Part shown: positions 8,540 to 17,869 of the stretch, piece after piece
How the letters are laid out: each line of letters opens with the position of its first letter
Numbering within the stretch: the first letter of the stretch is position 1
Source of the DNA: a bacterium
GTDB taxonomy: Bacteria; Patescibacteriota; Patescibacteriia; SG8-24
Assembly (NCBI GenBank): GCA_023246225.1
Contig: JAHFIV010000003.1
Location: forward strand, 1 to 56,591
Direction: 5' to 3'
Length of the DNA: 56,591 bases
Notes under the pieces: model-generated
The model's database searches: none
What the model was told of the DNA's origin: nothing
The model's input: the letters and a program-made list of their open reading frames with translations, nothing else
Translations under genes and position numbers: made by a program

Positions 8540-11122
8540 TTATTTTTTCTTCGGTTTTCCTTTCACGCGCGCAGGGTAGAGCGCCTGAAAAACCGCGATG
8601 GTATCCGCAGCGACCGCAGGTGCGAGTGTACCGAGTGTTTCGATAACAGAAGCGTTGGGAGCATAGATCGCTTTGATCGGCTTCGCCGCGGCGGTCATAC
8701 CATAACCGTACACAACGGTACCAGCTTCACGAAGCTCTCGCAAAGCGGTTTTCGTTGCCGAAGGATTATTCGAACCACCGTCGAGGAACGCCGCAACGAA
8801 CGCGATCGGTGGCTGTTCGCCTGGTTTATGCTGCGTTTTATCCCAAACCCCACGCTCGCTCAAAATCTTTGTCTTGATCTCCGCGAGCGCCGCATGATCT
8901 GGCGTGCCGCCACCCGCGGTGCGCATAAGGGCTTGGTACAGCGCGAACTGTTCTTTTGGTCCCCATGTTCCCGCAAGCGGAAGGTCGGTCGAGACGTCGC
9001 CGTGGATACTGGTAAGCTGAATACGAATAGGGAGCGGAGCGGTGAGACGACCCTGCGACTGCCGAGAAAGAAACGCGCACTGCATGAGCGAATCCACATA
9101 GACCATCACGGCGTCACGTTGGAGATCGGCTTTGACACGGCCGGACTCGGGGTCGATTTCAGACATGGAACCAGAGAGGTCGGCCATCAGATAGACATCG
9201 ATGCCACCGAAAAGTTTTTGTCTTTTTTCGCGCGTACGGATGCGCTCAAAGCCAGACACATCACGCTCGCCAGCCTTGTGGTCGATCATTGCGAGCGCGG
9301 GATCGGTAAGTTCGTCGCCTTCGCTCATTCTGACCGGTCCTTGGTACTCACGCTTTTCTCCTTTACGACTCTGGACAAGCTGACGCCACGCCGCGATCAG
9401 TTTTTGCTGAATGCGCTCTCCTTTTTCGTCTTTCATTTCGCGCACGCGCTGAAACATCTCGCGAACTTCTTTCGCTTGCTGTTCCGAGCAACCGGCTTCG
9501 CGCGCGAACGTTTCGGTGACGCGTGCTTCGCTTGTCTTATTTTCTTCGCGCGCATTGTCTTCGGATCGCTCAAGAGATTCGATCAATTCTTCAAGATCCT
9601 CATCGCTCATGATCTCCGCTTCTTGTTCGCCATAGTCCCCCTCACCGGCAGGTTCTTGTTCTTCGTCCGGCCGTTCTTCGTCGAGCGTTGGGTCGTCCTT
9701 CGGTGTCGCGTCAGGATGGAACCATTGTCCAGTATCAGCATCATACACTTCGAGCCAGGCGTGACCGGTACCGCTCGTCATCATCGCCTTCTCAGCCGAC
9801 GCAGCCTTTTTGACATAATGACCGGTCGCGAGACGGCACGGAATGCCCGCTTTCCGAAGTACCGCCGCACCGACAGTGTTCGCCACATCGCAATCGGCTT
9901 TCTTCTCTTGCCAAATGCGTTCGAAGTATGCCGCAGGGTCCGCACGATAGACTGCGTTCATGCTGCTGTCGTTCGAGTAGTCCAAATGCTCACGCACGAC
10001 TTTGAGAAGAAATCTTGCGCGGCCGGCGGCAGAAAGTTTTGTCGCCGCAAGCTCGGTAATTTTTTGTTCGAGCTCAGTAGGGAGACGCGCAGCGATTTTT
10101 TTATCAATTTCCGTTGGCGGCATTTGCGGTGGTGTGCCTTCCTCGCGTTTTCCTATATTGAGACTATAACTAAAAACTCCATCGGCATCGATTTGGAGAT
10201 GAACGTTACCGTTGCCGTCTTCGGTGAGATGGATAGCGTCCGGTGGTGCCGAGGTTTGGAGGGTTCGCGTGTTCACGCTCCAGCCATACGGAACTGGGAT
10301 CGCAATCTTCTGCCGACCACGCACTCTTCCTGTAAGGAGTCGAGAAGAAAGTGTCTCGATTTCCTGCTCGACGAGCGGTTTCTCAACAGTCGGCGCCTTT
10401 TTCCATTTCAGCTCTGCCTCGTCCCATTCGCTGTACAAATTTTGTCGAAAATAACCACCATGAAAAGGAGTGACGGTAAAGTAGGCCTTTGATTCGCCTT
10501 TTTCTTTTTCTTTGGAGAGCTCATCCATCGACGGCGCAAACTCGTCGGTTTCTGGAGGAGGGAGGGAGTCGTCCTGCGGTGCAGGAACGGATTCTTGTTG
10601 TTCTGCATCCGTTTGTTCGGGTTGTTCTGTAGATTCTTTTTGCGCTTCTTCTTCGGGTTCGGGTGGGGATACATCCTGATCGGCGAGCCATTCAACCATT
10701 GAAGAAAGGTGATTTTTCCAAATGTCCACCTTCGTTGCAAATGGCACGTCGTGGGAGGTGAGCAGCTCAAGCGCATTCGCCGGCCCTTCGCTTGTAGCGA
10801 TTGTTTTGAGTCCCTCGAGAAAATCATGCGCCACTGGATCGGCATCGACAGCGGGCACAGCGTTCGGAGTTTCAAGAGCAGCGGCAACTGCGCGAAGAAA
10901 CGCATCAACTCGCGGCAAACCGGTCTCTTTCATTTTTGGCGGCTTGCCGAGCATCGCCGACTCCACAAGTTCACGAAACGGTTTTGGCACCTCCTTTTTC
11001 CATGTCCGATACGCCATCGCCTGTTCGCGGGTATGTATCGCAAAAGCCGGCCTCTCTTGCTCAGAAGTTTCGCGATGCTCCAGCGAAGGCTCGGGCGGTG
11101 ATGTTGGTGAACGATTCGGCAT
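8540..11122 (-). CDS. Transglutaminase-like domain plus C-terminal vWA domain protein
   Basis: Cys-His-Asp triad motifs ADCDVAN, GHAWLEVY, WFHPDATP; MIDAS motifs DLSGSM, GGGTPD, FLDGG; start trimmed to MPNRSP because the longer ORF overlaps dusB. Confidence 0.85.
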   Translation of the reverse strand: MPNRSPTSPPEPSLEHRETSEQERPAFAIHTREQAMAYRTWKKEVPKPFRELVESAMLGKPPKMKETGLPRVDAFLRAVAAALETPNAVPAVDADPVAHDFLEGLKTIATSEGPANALELLTSHDVPFATKVDIWKNHLSSMVEWLADQDVSPPEPEEEAQKESTEQPEQTDAEQQESVPAPQDDSLPPPETDEFAPSMDELSKEKEKGESKAYFTVTPFHGGYFRQNLYSEWDEAELKWKKAPTVEKPLVEQEIETLSSRLLTGRVRGRQKIAIPVPYGWSVNTRTLQTSAPPDAIHLTEDGNGNVHLQIDADGVFSYSLNIGKREEGTPPQMPPTEIDKKIAARLPTELEQKITELAATKLSAAGRARFLLKVVREHLDYSNDSSMNAVYRADPAAYFERIWQEKKADCDVANTVGAAVLRKAGIPCRLATGHYVKKAASAEKAMMTSGTGHAWLEVYDADTGQWFHPDATPKDDPTLDEERPDEEQEPAGEGDYGEQEAEIMSDEDLEELIESLERSEDNAREENKTSEARVTETFAREAGCSEQQAKEVREMFQRVREMKDEKGERIQQKLIAAWRQLVQSRKGEKREYQGPVRMSEGDELTDPALAMIDHKAGERDVSGFERIRTREKRQKLFGGIDVYLMADLSGSMSEIDPESGRVKADLQRDAVMVYVDSLMQCAFLSRQSQGRLTAPLPIRIQLTSIHGDVSTDLPLAGTWGPKEQFALYQALMRTAGGGTPDHAALAEIKTKILSERGVWDKTQHKPGEQPPIAFVAAFLDGGSNNPSATKTALRELREAGTVVYGYGMTAAAKPIKAIYAPNASVIETLGTLAPAVAADTIAVFQALYPARVKGKPKKK

Positions 11123-11248
11123 AAATACCTCGGGGACCTCTGCGAAAGTATGGCAGAGTTGCGCGGTTATTTCAAAAAACCATTCCCGGTTGACCGCGCG
11201 GCTGTTTTTGGATAGTATTCTCCAGTTATGAACCCATAGTGAGTTTCT

Positions 11249-12205
11249 ATGTTCCGCTGGTCCGACCTCGAAAACCCGATCGTTGCGCTTTCGCCGATGG
11301 CCGATATGACGGACTCGGCGTTTTGTCGTCTCACGAAGCACATCGGTGCGCCTGTCGTATTTCGCGAAATGATCAGCGCAGAGGGACTCATACACGGAAG
11401 TGAAAAATCGTTTCGCATGGGCGCGTTTCATGCAGAAGAGCGCCCGCTGATCCAGCAATTATTCGGCGCAGATCCGAAAAGTATGGCGGACGCCGTAAAG
11501 ATGATCGATGATGCGTATCATCCTGACGGCTTCGATGTGAACATGGGGTGCCCGGTGTACAAAATCACGTCGAACTTTAACGGGGCTGCGCTGATGAAAG
11601 ACGCCGCGCTCGCGACAAAAATTATCCGTGCGATGAAATCTGCGACACCGTCCCCTGTGTCGGTGAAACTTCGCCTTGGATGGTCGCGACCCGACGAAGT
11701 GCTTGAGTTTATTAAAGTCGTAGAGAGCGCCGGTGCAGACCTCGTGACAATCCATGGAAGAACAAAAGAGCAAGGATATTCCGGCGTCGCAGATTGGGAG
11801 ATGATCGGTCGTGCAAAAGCGCGCGCGTCGATCCCCGTGCTCGCGAACGGCGACATTCACACTCCCGAGGCCGCAGTGAAAGCGCTCGCCGTTTCTGGTT
11901 GCGACGGCGTACTGATCGCACGCGGCGCGCTCGGCAATCCGTGGATCTTCACACAAATGCACGCAGCGCTCCGTGGTGCACCGTGGACCGTACCGACGCT
12001 TGCGGAACGGATCGCGGTCGTGCGCGAACATGCGCGTCTGCACGTGACGCAATACGAGGAGCATCACGATCTCACCACATTCCGCAAACACCTCACGTGG
12101 TATTTCAAAGGAATCCCCGGCGCAAAAGCGCACCGTGATCGATTAGTAAAAGTCACGACGCTCGAAGAGCTCGACGTCATTCTTGATGAGCTCAGAAGTT
12201 CCTAA
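11249..12205 (+). CDS. dusB: tRNA-dihydrouridine synthase
   Basis: LSPMAD, QLFG, DVNMGCP, VSVKLRLG, TIHGRT, ANGDI, ARGALGNPW. Confidence 0.92.
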   Translation: MFRWSDLENPIVALSPMADMTDSAFCRLTKHIGAPVVFREMISAEGLIHGSEKSFRMGAFHAEERPLIQQLFGADPKSMADAVKMIDDAYHPDGFDVNMGCPVYKITSNFNGAALMKDAALATKIIRAMKSATPSPVSVKLRLGWSRPDEVLEFIKVVESAGADLVTIHGRTKEQGYSGVADWEMIGRAKARASIPVLANGDIHTPEAAVKALAVSGCDGVLIARGALGNPWIFTQMHAALRGAPWTVPTLAERIAVVREHARLHVTQYEEHHDLTTFRKHLTWYFKGIPGAKAHRDRLVKVTTLEELDVILDELRSS

Positions 12206-12240
12206 AAGAATTTTTAATACACACACCATAGTCGCACTAT

Positions 12241-12271
12241 AAAAAACGACCTGTCTGCAAAGACAGGTCGT
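12241..12271 (-). terminator. Intrinsic terminator
   Basis: 11-bp stem ACGACCTGTCT/AGACAGGTCGT with U-tract on the minus strand; between convergent genes. Confidence 0.75.
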
Positions 12272-12300
12272 AGGATGAAGCGCGCCACACGGCGCGTTAT

Positions 12301-12888
12301 TTATTTTTCGTGCGGGATCGTCACGCTCAGTTCGAGAACCCCCATGACGACGTTACATTCTCTGTCTGACTCTGGAGGCCAGTCTCCGCTCATAAAGACC
12401 CAGAGACGATGGTTCCTCGGCGATAATACCCGTGTCGATCGTACGTATCGTGACATCGAGGTGTCACGATACCGCACTACTGCGCGACCAAGGCTTTGAT
12501 CGATCGACATCTCATCGATCACCATAAGCGCCGCCAGATGTTCTCTGAAGAATTCGATAAAATCGCTCATGGTGGCGGCAAGGTCGTCCCAAGAGACACG
12601 ATTAATCTGCAAGGTTATGCGCCCATCGAGCTCCGCGTTATGAAACGCGAGCATATCGGAACTATCAAGACTGGTATCGATAACCCATCCCGGCGGAGCT
12701 CTGAACTCGATTCCCCCGAAACTAACCCTCTCACCATCCTCCCTCTTCGCTCCGGGCAGAACGGTCGGTGCGGAGCTGGACGCTGCCACCGGTGGTATCT
12801 CAACCACGATCGGCGCCACCACCACTGACGGCTCCCTCACGCAACCAAGAAACATCGCAACAACAACGAGAATAACGAACTTTCTCAT
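12301..12888 (-). CDS. Putative lipoprotein
   Basis: MRKFVILVVVAMFLGC lipobox-like signal; FRAPPGW motif. Confidence 0.7.
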   Translation of the reverse strand: MRKFVILVVVAMFLGCVREPSVVVAPIVVEIPPVAASSSAPTVLPGAKREDGERVSFGGIEFRAPPGWVIDTSLDSSDMLAFHNAELDGRITLQINRVSWDDLAATMSDFIEFFREHLAALMVIDEMSIDQSLGRAVVRYRDTSMSRYVRSTRVLSPRNHRLWVFMSGDWPPESDRECNVVMGVLELSVTIPHEK

Positions 12889-12914
12889 CACGACTCTCTT
12901 TCTTCGTTCAGACA

Positions 12915-13490
12915 CTATCGTGGCGTTTCGATCATCATCACTCGCACACTCGATGCAAATTCCGACATGATACGATTGCAATCGTTTCGCACCACAAGCA
13001 CTTCACCAGGCCATTCTCCACGCAACGTGACGACTATCTGTGGATGCGCTCGCGGGAAAAACACAAAGACTTGTCGTTCACGCTCGCATTGATTCCCGAT
13101 GCAGTACCACCGTGCCATCTGCCGACGAGAGAAAGCGTCCCAACGCTGCAGCGGACTCGCGTCCCCGCGCGAGGCGATCTCCTCTTGCATTTCTCTCTCA
13201 ACGTTCTTGCTCACCGCATCGACATCAACCTGATCGACAAACTCCTCCATTCGCAAGGAGATGACCGCATCGAGAACGGTCGAATGGACTTCTGTCGCAT
13301 CTTCCTTCGCGTTGAAACGTGCGCTCCAACCTTTGGGAGTGGTGAAATCGAGATAGAATGTCGTGCGTGGCGAACTGGGCACAACCGGCATTGCGGGCAG
13401 CGAAGCGATCGCTGCGGGAGTCACGACCGGCCGCTGCTCATGAGAACAGCCGAGAAATACCGCGACTACACAAACGATGAAATTTCGCAT
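12915..13490 (-). CDS. Putative lipoprotein, paralog of the downstream gene
   Basis: MRNFIVCVVAVFLGC; FTTPKGW; LRGEWP...CNRIM parallels MSGDWP...CNVVM. Confidence 0.7.
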   Translation of the reverse strand: MRNFIVCVVAVFLGCSHEQRPVVTPAAIASLPAMPVVPSSPRTTFYLDFTTPKGWSARFNAKEDATEVHSTVLDAVISLRMEEFVDQVDVDAVSKNVEREMQEEIASRGDASPLQRWDAFSRRQMARWYCIGNQCERERQVFVFFPRAHPQIVVTLRGEWPGEVLVVRNDCNRIMSEFASSVRVMMIETPR

Positions 13491-13599
13491 AGTGAACCTC
13501 GTTTCTCTGGGAAAAGAACTTACTGCAACATAAGCATATTTTTATGCTGAATGTCAATGGTGCGCAGCGTCGTGCTATTTGCTATGATAAAGAAAGACT

Positions 13600-14796
13600 A
13601 TGGCTGCAAAACGGTCCATGCAATCGCAAGGAAAACCATTACCGAAATGGAACTTTTTTGCGCATCCCCATTCACTCAACCAACAAATAGCGATCGGTGC
13701 AGGTATTTTGACAGTGGTCACCGTGGTGGGGTATCTCGCCCATGGACAAAACATTACCACACCGCAATCGACGTTCGCTTCTTCGTACAGCAAGGCCGCG
13801 AGTCGCGATAAAGAACGGTATGCGCAGCTCGCAACACTGAGCGAAGCGCTCGATGCATATAAAAAAGAAACAAAAGAATATCCTGCATCACTCACCGCGC
13901 TCGCACCAACATACCTGCACGAAATTCCGAAAGATCCTTCCACGGGACAACAGTTCGGCTATCAAGGTGATGCGACAAAATTCACGGTGAAATTCGGGCT
14001 TGAGCAAGGAACCACCACTCTGCCCGCCGGCGAACACACACTTTCTGAAAAAGGATTCGACTCGCCAGCACCAACCTCAAAAGAAATTTCAAAAACTGAA
14101 AATGCAGCGACCACCGTCACAATCCCCACAGTTCCGACAAGTCCTGTGACCACAACACATTCTGTATCAGACGCCGAAGCCCCACCACAACAAAAAAAAT
14201 CCCCAACACCGCTCGTGGTTGATTCTGATAATGATGGCCTGTCAGATGCACTAGAGATACAAATCGGCACAGATCCGCACTCACCAAATATTCTTTCGAG
14301 CACACAGCTCGCCTACCAAAATACTTCACCACCGAGTGCTGCACCGTCTGACGCATCACCTGCTGGACCATCGTCTACTACAACTACCGCCACCGCTTCT
14401 GCACCTTTAAAATCACTGCAAAAATCTTTAGGCTTTCTCGATACGCTCTCTAAAATTGTCGAGGAAAATTTTCAGCCGCTTCCTCAAAAAAACGACGCTG
14501 TGCTGAACCCTGAAATACCCACGAAAGAAAAAACGACAACAGCTCCTCCACATAAAATCTCCGCAGAACTTGCAACCGCAGCAACAACGATCAACATCAA
14601 CACCCCGGAGATGAATCAGATGAAAACGGAGGTTGTGCAAACCACACAGTCACCGGAACTCGGGCAAGCGGTAAAAAATTTCTGGTCGCTACTCCAAGAA
14701 AAAATTGGGCAATTTTCAAAAACAATAATTCTCCAATTTGTCACGCTTCTTCGAACGGTGTGGAATATATTGGTGGCGCTCGTCACTGCAAAATAA
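13600..14796 (+). CDS. Membrane-anchored protein with pseudopilin GspG-like segment, Ca-binding-like DxDxDG motif and Pro/Thr-rich linkers
   Basis: N-terminal TM; ALDAYKKETKEYPASLTALAPTYLHEIPKDP; DSDNDGLSDALEIQIGTDP. Confidence 0.65.
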   Translation: MAAKRSMQSQGKPLPKWNFFAHPHSLNQQIAIGAGILTVVTVVGYLAHGQNITTPQSTFASSYSKAASRDKERYAQLATLSEALDAYKKETKEYPASLTALAPTYLHEIPKDPSTGQQFGYQGDATKFTVKFGLEQGTTTLPAGEHTLSEKGFDSPAPTSKEISKTENAATTVTIPTVPTSPVTTTHSVSDAEAPPQQKKSPTPLVVDSDNDGLSDALEIQIGTDPHSPNILSSTQLAYQNTSPPSAAPSDASPAGPSSTTTTATASAPLKSLQKSLGFLDTLSKIVEENFQPLPQKNDAVLNPEIPTKEKTTTAPPHKISAELATAATTININTPEMNQMKTEVVQTTQSPELGQAVKNFWSLLQEKIGQFSKTIILQFVTLLRTVWNILVALVTAK

Positions 14797-14798
14797 TT

Positions 14799-15281
14799 AT
14801 GATTGAAAACGAACGATCGTTTCTTGTTGCAAAAATACCACCGTTCGATGACACAAAAATAAAAAATATCGAACAACACTACCTCACTGAGGGCAAAGAA
14901 CCGTTACGACTTCGCCGCGCAGATCGAACGTTTGAACTCACAAAAAAATTGACGATCGATCCCACTGATCCGTCACGAAAAGACGAGCTCACCATTCCAC
15001 TCTCTGAAGAACAGTACAACCGTCTAGTGACGCTTTCGGTGCGATCTCTTACAAAACGACGTCACCTCATCCCTCTTGTGAACGGTCTCACTGCTGAACT
15101 CGACGTATTTCTCGGTCCGCTCGAAGGATTCGTAAAAGTCGAAGTGGAATTTCCAAATGAAGATGCACGAAGCGCGTTCACTCCCCCGGAATGGTTTGGA
15201 AAAGATATCTCTCAAGAAAAATGGTCATCAAATTCCTGGCTCGCCGGAAAATCATTCGCTGATGTACGACAGTATTTATAA
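14799..15281 (+). CDS. CYTH domain protein
   Basis: MIENERSFLV, IEQHYL, LRLR, KRRH, ELDVF, VEVEF, PEWFGKD. Confidence 0.88.
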   Translation: MIENERSFLVAKIPPFDDTKIKNIEQHYLTEGKEPLRLRRADRTFELTKKLTIDPTDPSRKDELTIPLSEEQYNRLVTLSVRSLTKRRHLIPLVNGLTAELDVFLGPLEGFVKVEVEFPNEDARSAFTPPEWFGKDISQEKWSSNSWLAGKSFADVRQYL

Positions 15282-15308
15282 AAGATGGCCGCGGTGAGCG
15301 GCCATCTT

Positions 15309-16346
15309 TTATTCAGCGTGCTCGAGATAATGCCGAAACTCTTTTTTATATATATCGAGAAGCGCCATGAGCACAGCGAGAGTGAGTGGCCCCAAAATGA
15401 ATCCCGAAAATCCGTAGAACTCAAAGCCGCCCAAAATGGACAACAGTACCAGCAGTGGGTGGATGTTCGTTTTGCTCTGTACTAATTTTGGCTGCAAAAA
15501 ATTATCGACCGTTCCAATCACCGCTGTAGCAACAACAGCAAGTCCAACAGCAGCACTAAGATGCCCCGCAAAAAAAAGATACGCAATCGCAGGCACAAGA
15601 ACGATAGCGGATCCAAAGATCGGAATAAATGCAGCGAACCCAGTCATCGTTCCCCAAAACAATGGTGCAGGAACACCAAAAATCCAAAAGAAAATACCGG
15701 TCAGCATTCCTTTAAGAATACTGACGATCAATATTCCATTCATCACCGCACTCACTGCGGTAATAATGCGTGTAAACACCAACTCATCGTGTTCGTCACC
15801 AAGAGGCGAGAGTGCTTTGAGACTCGTTTTCACACGGGCGCCATCTTTAAGAAGATAGTACGCCGAAATAACGACTACAACGAGACCAACAAAAACGTTC
15901 ACGAGGTTTGAGAAAAACTTAAAAAGATTTTTTGAAAGCGCTTCTGCAATTGACTGAACGATTCGCACACCTTCATCCAGCATCGCGGGAATTTGTGCAT
16001 GCATCGTGGGTGGGAGAACGGTGCGCAAAAGACGAGAAAGAGTTTCGCTGTCGATGTGCCCTTTGATGTTGGAAAATAAACCAAGCAGTTCTGTCGAAAG
16101 CGAAGCGATAAAAAATGCGAGCGGTAAAAGCACCGCCGTTGCTATCAGAATGATCGTCAAAAATGCAGAAGCGGTGTCAGACTTGAGGATGCGATACAAA
16201 CGATGATAGATCGGGCGAGAAATGATAGCGAGCACTCCCCCGAATGCAAGCAGGGTAAGATACGGCCAAAAAACCATGAGCGTCAACGCAAGGCTTAAAG
16301 CCAAAAAGATAAGAAAAAAATAGACCTGAAATTTTTTGTAACTCAT
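15309..16346 (-). CDS. AI-2E family transporter
   Basis: Multi-TM; YLLKDG, FIPIFG, DNFLQP, IHPLLVLLSILGG...GFILGP. Confidence 0.9.
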   Translation of the reverse strand: MSYKKFQVYFFLIFLALSLALTLMVFWPYLTLLAFGGVLAIISRPIYHRLYRILKSDTASAFLTIILIATAVLLPLAFFIASLSTELLGLFSNIKGHIDSETLSRLLRTVLPPTMHAQIPAMLDEGVRIVQSIAEALSKNLFKFFSNLVNVFVGLVVVVISAYYLLKDGARVKTSLKALSPLGDEHDELVFTRIITAVSAVMNGILIVSILKGMLTGIFFWIFGVPAPLFWGTMTGFAAFIPIFGSAIVLVPAIAYLFFAGHLSAAVGLAVVATAVIGTVDNFLQPKLVQSKTNIHPLLVLLSILGGFEFYGFSGFILGPLTLAVLMALLDIYKKEFRHYLEHAE

Positions 16347-16374
16347 GATGAACTAAGTATAGCAAAAAATCGGC

Positions 16375-17145
16375 TCACTGTCTATGACGAAAAATGGTGG
16401 CGACAATTCCGAGAACCACCGCCACAACTAAAAGTATCACGAGGCCGTACCCGAAAAATACAGTAAGCGCGCTCGCAATCTGCACGGACCATACTCTCAA
16501 AATAAATGTGTGCGCTGGTGCGAAGTGAAAAATAACCCACTGCGCAGCGAGAAGCATCGCTCCAAAAAATGCCACCCCTTCCAAGGCGTGAATCAAATCT
16601 GTTCGTGATGGCGCAACATGTGCAGAGATCGAGAATAGCAGGTACAAAAATACGTAGCTCTTCCACGACGATAGGTTGATGACGCTCATGATAGAAAAAG
16701 CAAAACGTCCGTATTCTTTTAAAGCGCGGAGGCACACATCGATAAATCCGGCTGGTGTTCCTGCAAAAGAAAACGCAATCCGCGCTGTCGAGGGAAGAAA
16801 AATATGTACTAATAAAAAAATCACCGCAGCACCACCAAAAAAAGGTGCTCCAGCAACGATCGTTCGGCGAATCGCACTTTTTGGTCGATCATGTGCAACG
16901 TATCCAAGCACCATCTCATTCCCCTCTTGCTGCGGCGAAAAAAATTTCACCTGATGAATTTTTGTGCGAGTAAGTATGCATCCGATGACGTGTGAACACT
17001 CATGCACAACAACTCCCGGCCACATGAGCAAAAGATACAAAAATTTTCCAAAAAAACGATAGGCTGTCCGATTAACAATGCTTCCTACAAACGAAAGTAG
17101 GAACATCTGCACGAATACTGGCGCAAACACGAGGAGGATGTCCAT
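16375..17145 (-). CDS. M50-like membrane metallopeptidase
   Basis: PGVVVHECSH (HExxH), LGYV, AGAP, APSRTD; multiple TMs. Confidence 0.75.
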   Translation of the reverse strand: MDILLVFAPVFVQMFLLSFVGSIVNRTAYRFFGKFLYLLLMWPGVVVHECSHVIGCILTRTKIHQVKFFSPQQEGNEMVLGYVAHDRPKSAIRRTIVAGAPFFGGAAVIFLLVHIFLPSTARIAFSFAGTPAGFIDVCLRALKEYGRFAFSIMSVINLSSWKSYVFLYLLFSISAHVAPSRTDLIHALEGVAFFGAMLLAAQWVIFHFAPAHTFILRVWSVQIASALTVFFGYGLVILLVVAVVLGIVATIFRHRQ

Positions 17146-17242
17146 GCAAACACGGGTCTAAAACCTATCCGGAGGCTCCCTTGACAAAGCTGTTGCGGAC
17201 GATATCTCACTGACGGTACCATAAAAGTGGAGGACCTGTTCT

Positions 17243-17683
17243 ATGTCAATAGGAAAGTATGTAAAATACACCCTTATATTGTTATATCTGGCGCAGCTTA
17301 TAGTGGTTTTTCATGAACAGCTGGCCCGCTTTTATAGGAGCGCACTTCAGACGATGCACCGTGAAACCGCTGCACAGGAAGAAAAAGGATGGTCAGGAAC
17401 GTTTGTTACTCTTCTTATTCCCGCACCAGTACAAACCATACACACACTCGCCTCATCACGAACTGAAATATTGACCACAGACGCTACACACCACAACGAG
17501 CCAGAGTATCATCAAGATGATAGTCGTCATGATCGCACGCGAAAACAGAAAAAACCGATGCGATACGAGTTCCTCCTTTTAAATCTGTTCCCGATGCTCC
17601 GTGTTCATCGCGCCGCACCGTCGACAAGCGAAGCGCGTGAAAACGTGCGCTGTGATGCGTTTAGACTCGCGCACGTCGCGTAA
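17243..17683 (+). CDS. Hypothetical protein (uncertain)
   Basis: GGAGG upstream of the ATG, TTGACA at 17181 and a hydrophobic N-terminus; no recognisable motif. Confidence 0.35.
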   Translation: MSIGKYVKYTLILLYLAQLIVVFHEQLARFYRSALQTMHRETAAQEEKGWSGTFVTLLIPAPVQTIHTLASSRTEILTTDATHHNEPEYHQDDSRHDRTRKQKKPMRYEFLLLNLFPMLRVHRAAPSTSEARENVRCDAFRLAHVA

Positions 17684-17701
17684 AATGCAGCCATACTCTT
17701 T

Positions 17702-17860
17702 TGTCATCTTGAACTTGATTCAGGACCAAGAAATGTAAAAAAGACCAAACGAAAATCGTTTGGTCTTTTTTACTGGATTCCGGGTCACGGCCCGGAATGA
17801 CAAAAGAGGAGGCCGGAATGACAATAAATGACTGGGTCCTGAATCAAGTTCAGGATGACA
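17702..17860. repeat. REP/REPIN-like palindromic element, copy 1
   Basis: GGATTCCGGGTCACGGCCCGGAATGAC plus AAGACCAAACG-N-CGTTTGGTCTT, enclosed by TGTCATCTTGAACTTGATTCAGGA inverted ends. Confidence 0.85.
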
Positions 17861-17869
17861 ACAAAAAAT

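Noticed and set aside
8183-10492. 769-aa plus-strand ORF
   Set aside because: In exact codon register antisense to the TGase-vWA gene, so it is explained by scarcity of TTA/CTA/TCA codons; the translation has no motifs
11123-11458. N-terminal extension of the 972-aa ORF
   Set aside because: It overlaps dusB antisense and the divergent promoter region; ATG 11122 is more plausible
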